Position numbers and translations under genes: made by a program
Notes under the pieces: model-generated
What the model was told of the DNA's origin: nothing
The model's database searches: none
Seen by the model: the letters and a program-made list of their open reading frames with translations, nothing else
From: Rhodosorus marinus CCMP1338
Lineage: Eukaryota > Plantae > Rhodophyta
Assembly (NCBI GenBank): GCA_029953675.1
Contig: JAMWBK010000005.1
Coordinates: forward strand, 310,001 to 374,000
Reading direction: 5' to 3'
DNA length: 64,000 nucleotides
Shown here: in pieces, positions 61,991 through 64,000 of the stretch
Position numbering within the stretch: position 1 is the stretch's first letter
Layout: the number at the start of each line of letters is the position of its first letter

Positions 61991-64000
61991 TTAGCTTACG
62001 AATCGCGCTTTTTTCCATTGCTTTCTTCGTTCTTCGTTCTTGGTCATCGCCTCTCTGTCTGCTGCACGGATTGCGTCCTGGTCGTGCTTTCTTCTTCCCT
62101 CGTTGGTCTGTCTGAGCTTATACGTATGTTCAAGCATCAGGTTCTCAATCGCTTCAAATTCCCCGAAGTCTCGAATCTGCAAGCAATCGCTGGATGAAAA
62201 CAGGCCGTGTCGCAGGCGCTTGAGGTATACGACGTGCCCTACACTTTTCTGAAACGGATAAAAGTCGACCCATTCAGCTTGGGCGTACGATGGGAGTTGA
62301 AAATCAACCCCTATTAGAACGGTACCATGGTTTCTGCAATCCTCGGAGCTAACTCCAGTACTGATCCTGGTGATGACGTCTGGAATTCAATCGCAATCGA
62401 TTTCTGATCTTGGTCTGTGACTTCGAGGCTAATCAACTTTGGCTATTGGTTCAAGTAGTGAATACGATAAGGATTAGCGGGGTCACTTGTTTTACAACCA
62501 TTTCCACAATTAGTTCTGGGGACGTAGTTGTTTGTTCCACAACGTACCGAAGACAGATCATAGTCCACCCTTCGTGAAATTTCATCCGAGACTAGATTGT
62601 CGAACTTCGCCAGACCAGGATATCTCCTCGCTACTAGTGCTTTGGTATGACTTGCTGATGATGCCGTTGGGAACTACGCCCAGCACAAGAAAACTTGTGA
62701 TTTAGGAATCGTGAAGCATGCGCTGACTGTCACAGGAGGTTCCATTTGAGTTCTCTACGTACTCTGTTCCAGCTTTCGTTGTACATGCGGATGATCTCCT
62801 CTGGCGTCGGGAGATCAACTAGTTGATCGCTGCCATATCCTTCGCTCGTTATACGCTTCGGTGGCCAGGTCTGAATAGATCGCGTAACCAGAAATGAGAA
62901 TGATGAAAAGGTTTCGCTGATGAGTTTAACCGGGACGCGTACGTTTGTCTTGGTTCCCTTGCCCAGGCTGATTGTGCAAGAATATTCACACGTGTTATCC
63001 ACATCCGCTAGATGCGTCTCGGGCTCGTTTATTGAGACAATGAGGGTCCCTGAAGCCACCTGGTCAAGAAAGCCAAGGTGTTTGACTGAAATAAAGGATG
63101 TGAAAAGATCTCTTTAGTGCTGCTATTCGAAATCTGTTCGATGACACGCGATTATACCTTCCACGCTCTCAGGCCATCCGCACTTGACCAACTGCTGGCT
63201 GCCCATGGAAGCCGAGCGCTTCCTGAATGTGTCTCTTATTCTGACGAGGACATCTTCTATCGTCCACTCTTCAGGCTTGTCAACAGCAACAAATCCTGAA
63301 GGCAACTGATACTTTGGACCAGGGTTGCCAACCAAGTAGGGATAGCAGAACCGCCGATTTGCTCGTATGGATAGTCCACGTTTGATTGTCAGTCTATGAC
63401 TCCACAATGATCGTCGAGAGACTACGGTTTCCATCCTAAGCTTTCCAAACCCCGAACCTGCGTGCTCATCAATGCATCAACTCAGCCATCAATAGCGCAA
63501 GCACAATGCTTGTCTCAGAACTCGGGTCACTCCCTCCTGGCCGCTGAACTCAACGACTTCCCGAAGCCCGTGCGTCGATGACTCTGCAATTCGCAGTTGC
63601 TTCTGGAAGAAATAATCTACTCTAGATGATGCTCAGTCACCTTTCCTACCAGCCGGGGAGGACATAGTGTCGGTTTGAACGACCAGGAACTTGTCCCATC
63701 CTTGTAAGATAAGAGCTCTTCTTGAATTCTAAAGCAGTCCAGCGTTGTGGTGTATTTGGAACGACTGACACTCCTCTGTACACGGTGTTCATCGTCGATT
63801 GTTGGTTTCTGCCTAAGTGCGTTTTTATTTATCTCATCCGCTTCACTATTCTTCAACCTTTGCATAGTACTTCCTTTTCTTCGTTCCATTTTCGGGGAGC
63901 GGGAAAGAAGCTAATCGATCTTGACGGAAGAGAACATTTTCGAGACGAACAAGAACGCCGACTCAAACCCGATAAACCCTGCGAGCATTGAAAAGGTCAA
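61991..64000 (-). CDS. Large multi-exon hypothetical protein; probably begins beyond the window end, boundaries approximate
   Basis: Chain of exon-sized open frames flanked by AG/GT (63617-63889, 63123-63434, 62730-63059, FPTASS..YDLSS, PKLISLEV..IAETM, IRDFGEFEAIENLMLEH..). No family recognised. Confidence 0.5.

Noticed and set aside
1-64000. CRISPR arrays, rRNA, tRNA, spliceosomal snRNAs and prokaryotic defence systems
   Set aside because: No repeat-spacer periodicity and no recognisable RNA-gene signature. The window is intron-containing eukaryotic DNA.

Overview
Gene-dense eukaryotic nuclear DNA with short GT-AG introns (~70-190 nt where resolved) and AT-rich intergenic spacers. Plastid-targeted proteins with an MAFV-type transit peptide point to a red alga; this is inference and the species cannot be determined. 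About 20 genes are recognisable once introns are removed: NUP62, a soluble sulfotransferase, a class-IV PLP aminotransferase, a 6TM K+ channel with a zinc ribbon, a GOLD-domain protein, CtpA, a lumenal FKBP, a nucleotide-sugar transporter, TIM9, INO80B-like, aminoacylase-1, a WW-IQ-BAG protein, a SANT/Myb (DUO3/GON4L-like) protein, ESS2/DGCR14, eIF3m, a Rad6-like E2, ACAD10/11, a LYR protein, an ABCG transporter, a UPF0652/DUF2009 protein and PHF5A. Several hypothetical genes remain unresolved. The most unusual non-genic structures are a 232-nt fold-back (95-bp arms, 85/95 matching) at 15940-16171 that could be a hairpin/small-RNA locus or foldback element, two clusters of four TATCGGAC octamers, a four-arm inverted-repeat module at 43452-43599, a decayed retrotransposon gag and a perfect 266-bp tandem duplication. 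The most unusual protein combines tandem WW domains, an IQ-like motif and a BAG domain. No tRNA, rRNA or CRISPR array was found. All family assignments come from motif recognition by eye, not database searches, and exon boundaries are manual predictions.
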